DNA of 34,796 nt, taken from positions 1 through 34,796 of IMG/VR virus record IMGVR_UViG_3300025018_000078, one strand, 5' to 3'. Below are positions 8,670 through 18,646 of this stretch, piece after piece (within the stretch, counting starts at the first letter, position 1; every line of letters starts with the position of its first letter). The notes below the pieces were generated by a model. It ran no database searches. It was not told where the DNA came from and saw only the letters and a list, made by a program, of their open reading frames with translations. Origin of the DNA: a virus. Lineage: Duplodnaviria > Caudoviricetes. The position numbers and the translations under genes are program-made.

Positions 8670-9799
8670 TACACGGCCTCCCGCATTTCAACGCCGATTT
8701 TAGCGTAATCAACCGCCAAATACCCGCCAATATCTTCAACGGCTTCCGGCATTATGCTTTCGATTTCTTGTGCGATAACCCCAATATAAGACTTATCAGG
8801 CTCACCGCGATAATTAAACGAATAAGTATTAAATCCGTTTTCTTTACCGTATGGCTTAATATTCTCTTTAAGGCGCTCATCGGAAAAGGCAAACAGTCCG
8901 CCAAGCGCAGAGCCGAGGAATCCCCCTCCTGACGCGCCTAAACCACCAAGCAGACCAGCGCCACCCAAGGCCGCGCCACTAAGTCCAAACGCGCTGCTCA
9001 TTGCGCTGCTTTGGTTATTGGCTGCCGCTTGTTGGTTGCTGTAGTAATCACGCATAGAATTCGCAATATCAAAAGGCTGAATGCCTTGATACCCCGTGCT
9101 TTGGAATTGCGGATTTGTGATCTGCGTTCCAGACGTAAGGCCGATATACTCATTAAGAGGGGCATTGCGCTGTGTATTGTACTCGTCAATTTCCTGTGTC
9201 CGGCGCTGCAAGGCTTGGTTTTGCGCGTTCCCGCCGTACTGTTGACCTGCCAGAATAGCCTGCATCCGTGCGTCATTTTGGGCTTGATTAAAGCTGTCCA
9301 TTTCACGCTGATACGCCTGCGATCCTTGTCCGATACCTTGGTTAATAAGGCGCGTCCGAAGGGCTTCCTCTTGTTGAGCAAATTGCGGGTTCATGCGCGA
9401 CATAAGAGCTTCCTCGGCTCTCGTTTGCGCGGACATAATATCAGATTCCATAGGAAGGGTGTTTTGGATGCCAGAATAAGAATACGGGTCTGCAACAACA
9501 TCAGTAATACGGCCAATTTGCTGCTCTCCAAGCTCATTCATGGCAATCCCTTGACGGTTTTGACTGTCAAGGATTTGCTGCTGTTCAGGAGAAAGGTTTA
9601 TTGTCGATGTAAACTGAGGAGGCTTATTAGGGTCATACGTACCATCGCCTTGCTGCTCCCATGAAATACTACCATACGGAGTATTCTGGTTTACGTTTTG
9701 TAAAACGGCGTTCCAGTATGCTGTTTCTTTGTTTGTCGCTGTCTGCGCCTGAGCTTGCTCCCGTGGATTTGGCGCTTTCGGCCCTGATTTGCTACCCAT
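8669..9799 (-). CDS. Virion (ejection/pilot-like) protein with C-terminal Peptidase_S74-type chaperone domain
   Basis: NQNTPYGS N-terminal motif, Gly-rich hydrophobic segment, SDERLKENI..YSFNY..GVIAQE..PEAV..GYLAVDY. Confidence 0.75.
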   Translation of the reverse strand: MGSKSGPKAPNPREQAQAQTATNKETAYWNAVLQNVNQNTPYGSISWEQQGDGTYDPNKPPQFTSTINLSPEQQQILDSQNRQGIAMNELGEQQIGRITDVVADPYSYSGIQNTLPMESDIMSAQTRAEEALMSRMNPQFAQQEEALRTRLINQGIGQGSQAYQREMDSFNQAQNDARMQAILAGQQYGGNAQNQALQRRTQEIDEYNTQRNAPLNEYIGLTSGTQITNPQFQSTGYQGIQPFDIANSMRDYYSNQQAAANNQSSAMSSAFGLSGAALGGAGLLGGLGASGGGFLGSALGGLFAFSDERLKENIKPYGKENGFNTYSFNYRGEPDKSYIGVIAQEIESIMPEAVEDIGGYLAVDYAKIGVEMREAV

Positions 9800-10226
9800 T
9801 TTTCACCCATTTACATTCTGATTTAAGCATACCCCAAGAAATAGCGTCACCGCCCAAAGGCCAAGCCTCTAGATGATAACCCTCTTGACGAAAACCTAAT
9901 CTTTTGTTGAAAGCCACGACATCCCCATTATTTGCAGAGCAAAGCGTATGCACTCTTTTGACCTTGAGATCAATGAAGGGATGCCTGAAAAACGCTCTTA
10001 AATTATGCCTAGTCGCCCATGTTTTGTCAATACTCGCGATAGACATTTCAATAGATACAGGGTTATTTTCTCTGTCTGTGCAGTAATTGCTATAAATAAC
10101 GCCTGCGATTAGTTTGCCATTACTTACTACACCTATAGCCCCTGAATCCCGAAACCAGTCCTTATGCCCCACAAGCTGCAATGAAGCCCAGTCGCAAACG
10201 TCCTGATCTGCCCCATAAAGAAGCAT
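9792..10226 (-). CDS. GNAT-fold virion assembly protein
   Basis: AIGV..GKLIAGVIY, F.HPF..L...RV, N...LGFRQEG motifs; lies between nozzle and ejection genes. Confidence 0.7.
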   Translation of the reverse strand: MLLYGADQDVCDWASLQLVGHKDWFRDSGAIGVVSNGKLIAGVIYSNYCTDRENNPVSIEMSIASIDKTWATRHNLRAFFRHPFIDLKVKRVHTLCSANNGDVVAFNKRLGFRQEGYHLEAWPLGGDAISWGMLKSECKWVKNG

Positions 10227-11770
10227 CAGAGAGAACCTCCAACCTCATAAATAACATCGGTGGAAACCCATTCGTATTTAAAGCCTTTTGCGTTGGTTGC
10301 GATATATAAACCCCCTGCAATTCCGATACCAGCTATTGATTGCCAGTTTCTAGAAACAACGTCACCAAGCGCCCATTCTGCTACATCCCACTCGGCTACA
10401 TCCCATTCTGCCCCCGCCGAAGGTGCAAAAGACGTAGTTGATAAGATCAGCCGAGAGCGAAAATCAACGTTAATGCTTACGCTTGGGATAATGCTACCGT
10501 CACCGATAAAAATAGGCCGTGCCATTTTGAAAATCTTTACAAGTCCTCTATTTCCAAAATAGTTATAGGCTTGCTGGATAACCCCGCCGATCTCACTGCC
10601 ATTATCGTCTGAGCCTATATCAGCCTCAACAACAGCGCCATCCGTACCAAAGAATAGCCGATCATCCATAACCTCAAAACATGCGGCGTTCCAGTCCGTA
10701 AACCTGCACCATGCGCCATGCTGTGTATTCATAACATATTGGATAGATGTATCACCATCGATTACGGGAACATTTATAATTAGCTTGTTTCCAGTCGGGA
10801 ATATAATTGGCTGCCAGCCGAAGTTATTGAAATATGCCGTTGTGTCAGTGTTGATCAGGGTTGAGATTTTATCCGTAGCCGCCAAGTTTAGCTGGGAACG
10901 ATCCGTCAGCAGTGCCTTAGAAAGGGGAAAAGCGCCATCAGTCGTAATGACAAGTACATCCGCGCCAGCTTTGACCATGCAACGATACCCAAGCGGCCTA
11001 CCCATGCGGAAAGTACCCACTAAAGCCCATGTAGAGGCACTGGAAGGGTCTGTGCCTTTGTAAAGGGCTACCTCACCTTCTGATGTGATAAAACAAGCGT
11101 AATCGTCAATACCAGCAGCGTTATCAATTGTCCAGTTGCCCATAGCAACAAGATAACCACCAAGTTTAAACAGTCCTGATAGGTCAATATTATTCGCTGC
11201 GCCGCCAATGCTCGAAACAGGCAAATACCATGCGTTCATGCTTTCTTTTTCAATAAACCAAACGCGGTTTTTAAAGTTATTAATATTTATTGCATCTGCC
11301 GTATCAAAGCCAGTAACGCTTGTCGTTGTGCCATCCTCATACCATGCCGATCCTGTATAAACATGCATTTTATCCTCTCCGTTTACGCAGAGCATAAAAA
11401 AACCGCCCGCCGTACCGAAGTTAATCGTTTGAAACCTTGAATTAGTCAGGCCACTAACAACCGCTGATCCTGCTGCACCCGCTGCTGTGGCATCATAAAC
11501 ATTCCCACCAGCAAACGCATAAAGTTCGCTTTGGATACCATTTTTGTAAATAGAGAGAGTTTCAACAACGCTTCCAGTTCCCGTCAGGTGATCAACAGAG
11601 CCTTTTCTTCCCTCAACGCTAGAAGGTTTCGGAAAATAGTTGTCCATTATAACGGCATCGGTGTCTGGCATATCAGCCAATGGGTCACGCGCATTTAAGC
11701 CGCCCGTAGGGGCTTGGATTGTCGTTTGCTTGGATACCCGTTGTTTTTTTGCTCTCTTTTGAGGGAACAT
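10226..11770 (-). CDS. Tail nozzle / packaged-DNA stabilisation protein (P22 gp10-like role)
   Basis: APTGGLNARD N-terminus, beta-propeller-like composition, WD...WD...W C-terminal motif; follows the adaptor. Confidence 0.7.
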   Translation of the reverse strand: MFPQKRAKKQRVSKQTTIQAPTGGLNARDPLADMPDTDAVIMDNYFPKPSSVEGRKGSVDHLTGTGSVVETLSIYKNGIQSELYAFAGGNVYDATAAGAAGSAVVSGLTNSRFQTINFGTAGGFFMLCVNGEDKMHVYTGSAWYEDGTTTSVTGFDTADAININNFKNRVWFIEKESMNAWYLPVSSIGGAANNIDLSGLFKLGGYLVAMGNWTIDNAAGIDDYACFITSEGEVALYKGTDPSSASTWALVGTFRMGRPLGYRCMVKAGADVLVITTDGAFPLSKALLTDRSQLNLAATDKISTLINTDTTAYFNNFGWQPIIFPTGNKLIINVPVIDGDTSIQYVMNTQHGAWCRFTDWNAACFEVMDDRLFFGTDGAVVEADIGSDDNGSEIGGVIQQAYNYFGNRGLVKIFKMARPIFIGDGSIIPSVSINVDFRSRLILSTTSFAPSAGAEWDVAEWDVAEWALGDVVSRNWQSIAGIGIAGGLYIATNAKGFKYEWVSTDVIYEVGGSL

Positions 11771-12696
11771 TATTGACCACCAAAGCCAGTATCTGGAATG
11801 TTATAGCCATTTAGAAACTGTACGTTAAACCCATCACCGCCCAAAGACAGGTCACGGCTTCCTCCATCACGCGCAATTGTTCTTTGAACATCGGCGTTAT
11901 ATGTCTCGTACTCCTCCATATAGTCTAGGCCTTTTGCGCGGAGAAAACGCCATTTTAAGCCTTGGATAAATACATCCTCGTCTAACAGATATGTATCCTC
12001 ATCTGTTGTCCATACGTTGCTATATCCACCAGCATCAGCTGCTACAGGGGCATTTGAATAGTAATCATATGCAATAAGGGTGTTATCTGTCGGAGATGGG
12101 TCAAGCCACATCTTATTTTGGCGAATATAGAACTTATTACGTGGGCCACTAGCGACAACGCCATAGCGAAGGATTTGCTTTTCCTGTGCCGTAATAGGGC
12201 CGATTAACGCCCATTTAAACTTGTTATCCCAGAAAGTCTTGTCAATGAAAAATTCAAAGTCACTCGGCAAGCTATAGGCGATCTGTCCGAATGTCAAAGA
12301 AACGCCAGTTTGTGTGCTTAGGCAGGCATTACTAACCGTGACCTGTGTCGCGCTGTCAACAGATACAATCCGCGTTCCAGCCTGAAAGCCATTACCGGAT
12401 ATAGCCCATGTGTCAGCCACAAGTCCTGCCGTTGATGGAATATTTGTAATAACTGCTGAATCTGCCGTTGTGTTGCCTGTTGTTGCAAGGAACTGGGTTG
12501 TAAAGGTGTATTCCTTATGAAGGTTTTGCCAGCCGCCGTTTTTATTGGCTACGGCTGAAAACTCCTTTACTTCCCTGTTCCCTAAAGCAATTAATTGTCG
12601 CTCTGTATCCCCCACATTCCCAAACAAAGATGTAGGCCGCGGAATACCTATTTCATCCGCTGCTTGTTGTACGAGTTCCAGAAACGACCTTGGCAT
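11770..12696 (-). CDS. Head-tail adaptor (tail tubular protein A-like) with inserted beta domain
   Basis: LELVQQAADEIG N-terminus, YSLPSDF, GLKWRFLRAKGLDY C-terminus. Confidence 0.7.
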   Translation of the reverse strand: MPRSFLELVQQAADEIGIPRPTSLFGNVGDTERQLIALGNREVKEFSAVANKNGGWQNLHKEYTFTTQFLATTGNTTADSAVITNIPSTAGLVADTWAISGNGFQAGTRIVSVDSATQVTVSNACLSTQTGVSLTFGQIAYSLPSDFEFFIDKTFWDNKFKWALIGPITAQEKQILRYGVVASGPRNKFYIRQNKMWLDPSPTDNTLIAYDYYSNAPVAADAGGYSNVWTTDEDTYLLDEDVFIQGLKWRFLRAKGLDYMEEYETYNADVQRTIARDGGSRDLSLGGDGFNVQFLNGYNIPDTGFGGQ

Positions 12697-12699
12697 TTA

Positions 12700-13311
12700 T
12701 TATTCCTCTGTTTTTTGCTGACGTCCGCGCTTGGGCTTTTCACTGTTTTCGGACAATGCGGCAATCTGGTTTTTCAGGGCTTCAATCTGCTCCTTGAAGA
12801 ATTTATTCTCTTCTTGGAGAGCCAGTACACCAGAGCCGCCTTTGGCGTTTTCAATATACGCCTTGGCTTTTTCTCTGTATTCACGTGCGCCCATGCCAAG
12901 ATTATTAAGGTTTGTGTCTGACACCGCAGCAAGCTGCTCGACCGTATGAACATTTACGGATTTAAACATCATGGCTTGGCTTTTTGTCAGAATAGGCCAC
13001 TCCTCAACAGGCGTTCCATCATTAACTTGCGTCTGCTTGTTTTTAAACGCTGCGTATTGTTTAGGCCAGCGATTAGCGTCCGATGGGCTTTGGTGATCAT
13101 CGAATTTTTTAACGGGTCTGCAAACAACGGTATGTTTGTCACCTACAGGGATAATCTTGATAAATTCCACATCTCGGAAGATTGGTCTACCTTCTTTCAG
13201 GCTGCTTTCTTCGTCTTTAATGGCTTCAAGGTAAAACTCAACGTAAAGACCCGCGTCTGTTCCGTGCTGTACGTGGTTTCCGTTAATCGCTTGAATGGGT
13301 GCAAAAGTCAT
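12700..13311 (-). CDS. Phage head-module hypothetical protein
   Basis: EGRPIF.DVEFI, RWP..Y..FK, GTP.EEWP, V.TVEQLA motifs; AGGAG RBS. Confidence 0.7.
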   Translation of the reverse strand: MTFAPIQAINGNHVQHGTDAGLYVEFYLEAIKDEESSLKEGRPIFRDVEFIKIIPVGDKHTVVCRPVKKFDDHQSPSDANRWPKQYAAFKNKQTQVNDGTPVEEWPILTKSQAMMFKSVNVHTVEQLAAVSDTNLNNLGMGAREYREKAKAYIENAKGGSGVLALQEENKFFKEQIEALKNQIAALSENSEKPKRGRQQKTEE

Positions 13312-13409
13312 TTTAGTTCTCCTTTGGGGGTTAAGATTTCAGGGGAAAGGGAGAGGAAAGTTTTTGGCAATCCCCTCCCCCCTTCCCCCGAAGGGAGGCC
13401 GTTAGGCCA

Positions 13410-13877
13410 TTAGATTGTTGCACCTACAGTAGGATAGGTAAGCAACGCGGCTGCGAGGTTACTGGATTCGGCTGCTGTCGTAACAACGCCATCAATAACC
13501 TCAGCGCCAGCCGCGGCATCATCATCGAGACGACCAGCCGTGGCGGTAGAGTTAAGCGCAGTGTTTGCCGCAGCACTCGGGCCGACAGACAATGTGCAAG
13601 CGCCGTAAATCTGCGCCCATCCATAGTCGTTATCGTCAAAAGCGATGCTTACAACACCTACGCGATCACCAAAAGCGGAAGCGGTAGACGTAGTGTCAAC
13701 CATTTCCACCTGACCAGCTTCAGTGATAACAACCGCAGCATTTGTCGTGAGTGCCTCACCAGCCTGAACATAGATAAATTCCTTATCCGTGTTCGGGTCA
13801 TAATGGCGCGTACCAAGTTCAAATTCGGCGGTAGTCGATTTAGCACCGACAGATGCGCCAAGAAGTGTTTGAGCCAT
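13410..13877 (-). CDS. Capsid decoration/cement protein
   Basis: Directly after the capsid gene; FELGT, FIYVQAG, YGWAQIYG motifs. Confidence 0.65.
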   Translation of the reverse strand: MAQTLLGASVGAKSTTAEFELGTRHYDPNTDKEFIYVQAGEALTTNAAVVITEAGQVEMVDTTSTASAFGDRVGVVSIAFDDNDYGWAQIYGACTLSVGPSAAANTALNSTATAGRLDDDAAAGAEVIDGVVTTAAESSNLAAALLTYPTVGATI

Positions 13878-13895
13878 AGTTTGTATCTCCCTTTA

Positions 13896-14870
13896 TTAGG
13901 ATTCAGAAAGAACACCTTGCAACGAAGCGTTGCTCAGTGTCATGTTACCAGCAAAGACGATTAGCTTAACCATTGCGTCTTGGTTTACAGCGAAACGCTC
14001 ATCACCAATCGGAACCATGTTACGGGCTGCGTGAGGACGGAAGTGGATGTAATCCGTATTCAGGAAGTACATCGTGTTAGCCGGACAGTTACCACCTTGA
14101 CCGCCGTCAAGAACAACGTCTGCCGAACCTCCATGGCCGTAGTACTTCAGGCTCGTAAAGCCGGAAGCTGCCATCTCAGGATCAGTAATACGTTGAATTG
14201 CTTGAAGGCTGGACAGATAGAAATTGTAGTAATTACCATCAGCCACGATCAGGTCAGTGCGATCCGTACCACGAACAAGCGAGAGAGCCATGGTATTCAT
14301 GCGCTCTTGGATGTTCGTTGCACTTGCCGCCGTACCGGATACGGTTGCTTTGTTCTGCCAGAAAGCCCACGTTGCGCGGTCAATACCACCAACAGTTCCG
14401 GAAGTCGGAGTTTTGGAAACCAGCAACTGCAAGCCGCCGATCTGCTTACCACCGTCTGCCGTACCGTCCGAATAAATATCCGCAGAGATACCATTCATCA
14501 TGGATTTCTGAGCGTTTTTAATACGGGAGGCCAGCAAGTCGATGATTGCATCCGGGCCGCTGTTTTGCAGTTCTTCAAGACCAGAGCAGGAAACAGCAAC
14601 AGCGGCTTGTTTAAAGTCAAACTCCGCTGCCGTGAATACATCACTCGGTGCAATGTTGAGGGTTTCATATCCGGAATAACGCTTATACGTGCTGTTGTCT
14701 GCGTATTCCAGTTCTTGAACGATAGTGCGACCGCCAGCAACAGTCTTAACCTTACCGCGCTTTTTCAAGCGGTTCAGCAATGCGTTGTTGTCCAGCATGT
14801 TATCAGCCAACTCACCCGTGCGGTTACGCAAGGTAGTCGTGACAATTTCCGAAAGGTTCGGAGAGGCCAT
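13896..14870 (-). CDS. Major capsid protein
   Basis: 324 aa; LADN...NNALL.RL, GG.TI...L.Y, YSDGT..GGKQIGGLQ, YFLNT.Y; AAGGAG RBS; follows the scaffold. Confidence 0.9.
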   Translation of the reverse strand: MASPNLSEIVTTTLRNRTGELADNMLDNNALLNRLKKRGKVKTVAGGRTIVQELEYADNSTYKRYSGYETLNIAPSDVFTAAEFDFKQAAVAVSCSGLEELQNSGPDAIIDLLASRIKNAQKSMMNGISADIYSDGTADGGKQIGGLQLLVSKTPTSGTVGGIDRATWAFWQNKATVSGTAASATNIQERMNTMALSLVRGTDRTDLIVADGNYYNFYLSSLQAIQRITDPEMAASGFTSLKYYGHGGSADVVLDGGQGGNCPANTMYFLNTDYIHFRPHAARNMVPIGDERFAVNQDAMVKLIVFAGNMTLSNASLQGVLSES

Positions 14871-14925
14871 AATAATGACTCCTTAACTACTTTGTTAAGT
14901 CGGGAGCCACCATGACACCCGACCT

Positions 14926-15930
14926 TTAGAGAGCCTGACCTTGTGACGCCATAAGCTGTTCACGAAGTTCATCCTCTAATGATTTTTGGGGTGCTTTTGC
15001 CGATGGTGAAGCCGTGCCGGGGCTTCCAGTGACAGACGCAGAGGCTTTCTTTTTGCGATCAATTTCCGTTTTTCGTTTTGCTGCAAGTTCAGTTTCCTGC
15101 TTTTGCAGCATCTCGGCGCGGATGGATGGATCACTCCAAATAGCCATTTCGTAAGCTTCTTGCAGATTCTTGGCGCGTCCGTTTGCAATTAGTGATCCAA
15201 TGATGGGTCTAAATGCATTAAAGTAGACGTTTTCAGGATTCGCTGCAAACGCTTCAATCTCGTTTTTAATCCTATCACGCTCCATTTCGTCTTGCAACTC
15301 ACTTTTAATCTTTTGTGGGTCAGCTTGTTGACGGAGGCGGTGCATTTCTTCTTGCATGGCGGCAAAGGGGTTATATTGATTTTGCTGACCACCCATGTAA
15401 GGGCGCAAATCAACATTAAATTGCTGCGCTGCCTGCATAAGGACTTGCGCTTTTTGCTGGGGAGAACCAGTGCGAAGAACGTAAGCCGTGTTCATCAGGT
15501 CTTTGAAAGCACCCTCAACCGTACCCCCCTCTGCTGCGATAATGGCCTGATATGGCGTTGAGATTTCCTTAATTGAACGACCAAGGCGCAACTCTCCGTC
15601 ATGCGCGGTCATGGCTTTGTGAAAATCATCCTCACGTTTTTTAATCTCGTCCTGAACTTCTTTAGGAAGTTCGTTCCATTTTGCTTTTACCGCGCCAGAC
15701 CAAGAAACTGGTGGCAGCTCTACGGTTTCTTTAACCTCTAGGGGCTTATCAATTTCCTTATCTTTGGGCGCACCCTTAACCTTCGGCTCTTCAACTTCGG
15801 GTTTCTGTTCATCAACAGGGTCGACTTCCTCAATTACCCCATCAACAACAGGATCGTCTTGCGGCTCATCGCTAACCATAGCGGCGCGGATTTCATCCTC
15901 AAGGCTGATTTCTTTCTGTTTTACACTCAT
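14926..15930 (-). CDS. Capsid scaffolding protein
   Basis: Acidic N-terminus, PP.SW...K..W..LP..VQ, L.EAYE.A.W.DP motifs; between portal and capsid. Confidence 0.75.
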   Translation of the reverse strand: MSVKQKEISLEDEIRAAMVSDEPQDDPVVDGVIEEVDPVDEQKPEVEEPKVKGAPKDKEIDKPLEVKETVELPPVSWSGAVKAKWNELPKEVQDEIKKREDDFHKAMTAHDGELRLGRSIKEISTPYQAIIAAEGGTVEGAFKDLMNTAYVLRTGSPQQKAQVLMQAAQQFNVDLRPYMGGQQNQYNPFAAMQEEMHRLRQQADPQKIKSELQDEMERDRIKNEIEAFAANPENVYFNAFRPIIGSLIANGRAKNLQEAYEMAIWSDPSIRAEMLQKQETELAAKRKTEIDRKKKASASVTGSPGTASPSAKAPQKSLEDELREQLMASQGQAL

Positions 15931-16328
15931 TTTCGTTTTCCTTTCAGGGTGGTTGTTTTAAGGGTTTCGGCAACTGCTTTTTTCCAGTTGATCTCTTTTG
16001 TCTTGGGTTTCAAAGGCTCTTTTGGGGCATCGTCACCAACAATGACAAGGCCTTTTTCTTTAACAGCGCGATAATACGCAGCGCGGGAATCGTATCTTTT
16101 ACCGTCAGCGGGGTTTAAAACACCCTGAACGCCCATACTATCTGTTGACGCATAATGCATAGGCGGCGTTACATTGTCTGAGTATAGCCAGCCAGATTGC
16201 TTATATTTTCCATCGCTAAGCTCGTATGCTTTTTGCTCGGAAATATACTTAAGGCCAACAGTTTCCTTATGACCTTCGGGGACTTTCTTTAAAAGCCCGT
16301 TTTTTCCAAAATCATAATAGACCGTCAA
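15927..16328 (-). CDS. Hypothetical head-module protein
   Basis: NPADGKRYDSR motif; overlaps both neighbours by 4 nt. Confidence 0.65.
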   Translation of the reverse strand: MTVYYDFGKNGLLKKVPEGHKETVGLKYISEQKAYELSDGKYKQSGWLYSDNVTPPMHYASTDSMGVQGVLNPADGKRYDSRAAYYRAVKEKGLVIVGDDAPKEPLKPKTKEINWKKAVAETLKTTTLKGKRK

Positions 16329-18358
16329 ACCACGACCTCTTGTTGCTTTTGAATTACCTGAGCCTGCTTTGCGGCAACGTCTAGATTTTTAATCTGTAAA
16401 TCAAGTGACTTAAGGCGCTCATCGGCTTGTTTAATTTGCAGTTCAATTTGGCCTTTTTGATAGTCGGCCTGAGCCTTTGCTTGGATTTGCGCCATCTGCG
16501 ACTCGTGCTGCTGTTGTGCCATCTGCATATCAGCTTGCGTACGCTGCATCTCAGCCTGTGCCTTAATTTCTTCGGGGGAAGGTTGAGGCTGTTTCGGCTG
16601 ATCTTGCTCTTTTTGGATTTTAGCCATTGCAGATTCAAAGGAAGTTTCAAGCTCACGACTGACCTTAAACCCGCGAACGCCAAACAATAGCAACTCCATA
16701 GCCAGCGGCTGAAGCTGCGGAGGTACGTTAATTGCCTGCTGCATAAAGCTACTGACAGCGCCAAGGAATTCAATGCGGGATTGCTTTTCGTTGTCCTGAT
16801 CGGTCTTGATCGTGCTGTCTGTCTCAATATCAATACGGAAACATCTGGCCGTATCATCGCGAATAAGCTGCTCGACTTCTTCCCATGTAGGAAGCTTCAT
16901 AAGGTCTTGCATTTTGTCAGGTAATGGCGCTTCTTGCCCCATTTGCTGAGCTTGCATCATCTGCGCCTGAATTTGCTGCTTTTCCATCATGGTCATAAGC
17001 TTTACGCCAGACACGGCCTTAATCGTGTCAAGAGAGAAATGCTTGGCAATAATCTCAGTCATAATAACGACCAAATCCTTGCTAAACCGCGCAACGTCCT
17101 TTTGGTTGTTGTCTAGGCGAAGCGTAGCAAACTGGCCTTTGATCTGCTGTGCGGTTGCTGTCTCGCTGGCGTTTGTCGCGCCGCGTACAATGTCAGAAAT
17201 ACCAGTGATTTCGTACAGGTCATTTTTAACCTGTTCACGTACTTGATAAAGCCCTTGCAGCGTTTGCAGGATTTCAGCCAACGGAAAAAAGCTGACAGCG
17301 CCCGGCAATCCTTTACCGCCGCCCAATACTGCCCACTGCTGAACGGGAATAAGCCTATTCTCAACGCCCTCAGTTAAGAGGCGGTCAATACCCTCTGCCG
17401 ATGCGTCATATACACCAGCGACCTTTACAGCCTTTGCAATCGCGGTAATACGCCCAGTGATCATATCAAGCTCGATTGCCTGATCCTGATATTGAACATA
17501 ATCTGGTGTAGGGATTAAATCATCGTTGGCAATCGTAGCGTAAATAGGCTCTGGACATGGGAAGAAGTCTTTCAATCTAAGCGGGTCATCCAACTCGTCA
17601 AGAACATCAGGAACGGATTTGTGTATCCAGATTGCCTTCTTCTTTGCTTTATCCCAAATTTCGTAAATATATGCCTTTTTACCGCTTGAGACTTTGCTGC
17701 CGTTAGCATCGTTAATAACTGCATCCAGAGGAACAAGGTTGCCCTTTTCCTGACCAAATCGCTTTACCAATTCAGCGCGTGTTAGGCATACCCTTCGCCA
17801 TACACCACGCACCTCTTGCCATGTACGCGCCCAAGTGTGGCCGAAGTCGCCCCAGTGTACGTAATCTGGAATAACATCCTCGGAAAGAAGATTTTCCGGC
17901 ATGTCCATATCGTAATCTTTGTTTTCCTCATCATCCGTGATCTGCGGCGCTTCCTCAAACACAGGACAATAGCGCACCCATACAACGCCGCGACCGGGCA
18001 AAAGCCTGTCCAGTGTGGATTGCTTCATCACCTTGTCAAACATATCGTTCTTTACATAGTAAGAAACAGCCCGTTCAAGAACAAGCGCGGCATAGCGGCC
18101 TAGATCATCATCATCCTGAAAGCGGCGGTCAATGTTTGGTGTCGGTGGATTTGCATAGATAGCAGGGTGCAGCGTTTGGATATTTGACCAGAGGATATTA
18201 AACTGGGATTTGTTCTTTTCAGCGGATTTGCGCTCGTTTTTATAACGCTTTACGATCTTCTTTGATCGATCTTCCCAATCTCGAAAGCGGCTCTCGTAGG
18301 TCTCAATCTCCTCCATCCAAAAAGCGACTGTAGAGCTTGGCTTCTGTTCTTCTTTCAT
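16325..18358 (-). CDS. Portal protein
   Basis: 677 aa; FNILWSN, FFPCP.P, EITGISDIVRG..ETATAQQIK motifs; Q-rich tail; downstream of terminase. Confidence 0.9.
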   Translation of the reverse strand: MKEEQKPSSTVAFWMEEIETYESRFRDWEDRSKKIVKRYKNERKSAEKNKSQFNILWSNIQTLHPAIYANPPTPNIDRRFQDDDDLGRYAALVLERAVSYYVKNDMFDKVMKQSTLDRLLPGRGVVWVRYCPVFEEAPQITDDEENKDYDMDMPENLLSEDVIPDYVHWGDFGHTWARTWQEVRGVWRRVCLTRAELVKRFGQEKGNLVPLDAVINDANGSKVSSGKKAYIYEIWDKAKKKAIWIHKSVPDVLDELDDPLRLKDFFPCPEPIYATIANDDLIPTPDYVQYQDQAIELDMITGRITAIAKAVKVAGVYDASAEGIDRLLTEGVENRLIPVQQWAVLGGGKGLPGAVSFFPLAEILQTLQGLYQVREQVKNDLYEITGISDIVRGATNASETATAQQIKGQFATLRLDNNQKDVARFSKDLVVIMTEIIAKHFSLDTIKAVSGVKLMTMMEKQQIQAQMMQAQQMGQEAPLPDKMQDLMKLPTWEEVEQLIRDDTARCFRIDIETDSTIKTDQDNEKQSRIEFLGAVSSFMQQAINVPPQLQPLAMELLLFGVRGFKVSRELETSFESAMAKIQKEQDQPKQPQPSPEEIKAQAEMQRTQADMQMAQQQHESQMAQIQAKAQADYQKGQIELQIKQADERLKSLDLQIKNLDVAAKQAQVIQKQQEVVV

Positions 18359-18615
18359 TATGCAATACCCGCTTCAAATGTGCCGAGGCTATCCCAGTTA
18401 CTTGCGCCGTTCTCAACGGCAAAGGCGTTTTGCGCGTCAACCAAGTTTGTATAGGAGGCAGAGAGATATGTGTTGATATAACCAAGTAAACGCTCGTTAA
18501 ACGTACTTCCATCAATGCTATATTCGTCAAAAAGGGCTTGCCAATCGCCCTCATAGCTTCCTGTCGTTGAAGTAATCGCACGGACGCTTGCTTGTTTTAG
18601 TGACTGATTACTCAT
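18358..18615 (-). CDS. Hypothetical protein
   Basis: GGGAG RBS, coupled to the portal start. Confidence 0.65.
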   Translation of the reverse strand: MSNQSLKQASVRAITSTTGSYEGDWQALFDEYSIDGSTFNERLLGYINTYLSASYTNLVDAQNAFAVENGASNWDSLGTFEAGIA

Positions 18616-18646
18616 TTGAACTCCCTAAAAGATAATAACCGCTATT

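Noticed and set aside
14883-14898. Second CtrA box upstream of the capsid gene
   Set aside because: Spacing is TTAA-N8-TTAA; better explained as a small RNA hairpin next to the RBS
13980-14915. 311-aa plus-strand ORF and other long antisense ORFs (e.g. 9011..9664, 2667..3242)
   Set aside because: Shadow frames of real minus-strand genes, with no recognisable motifs
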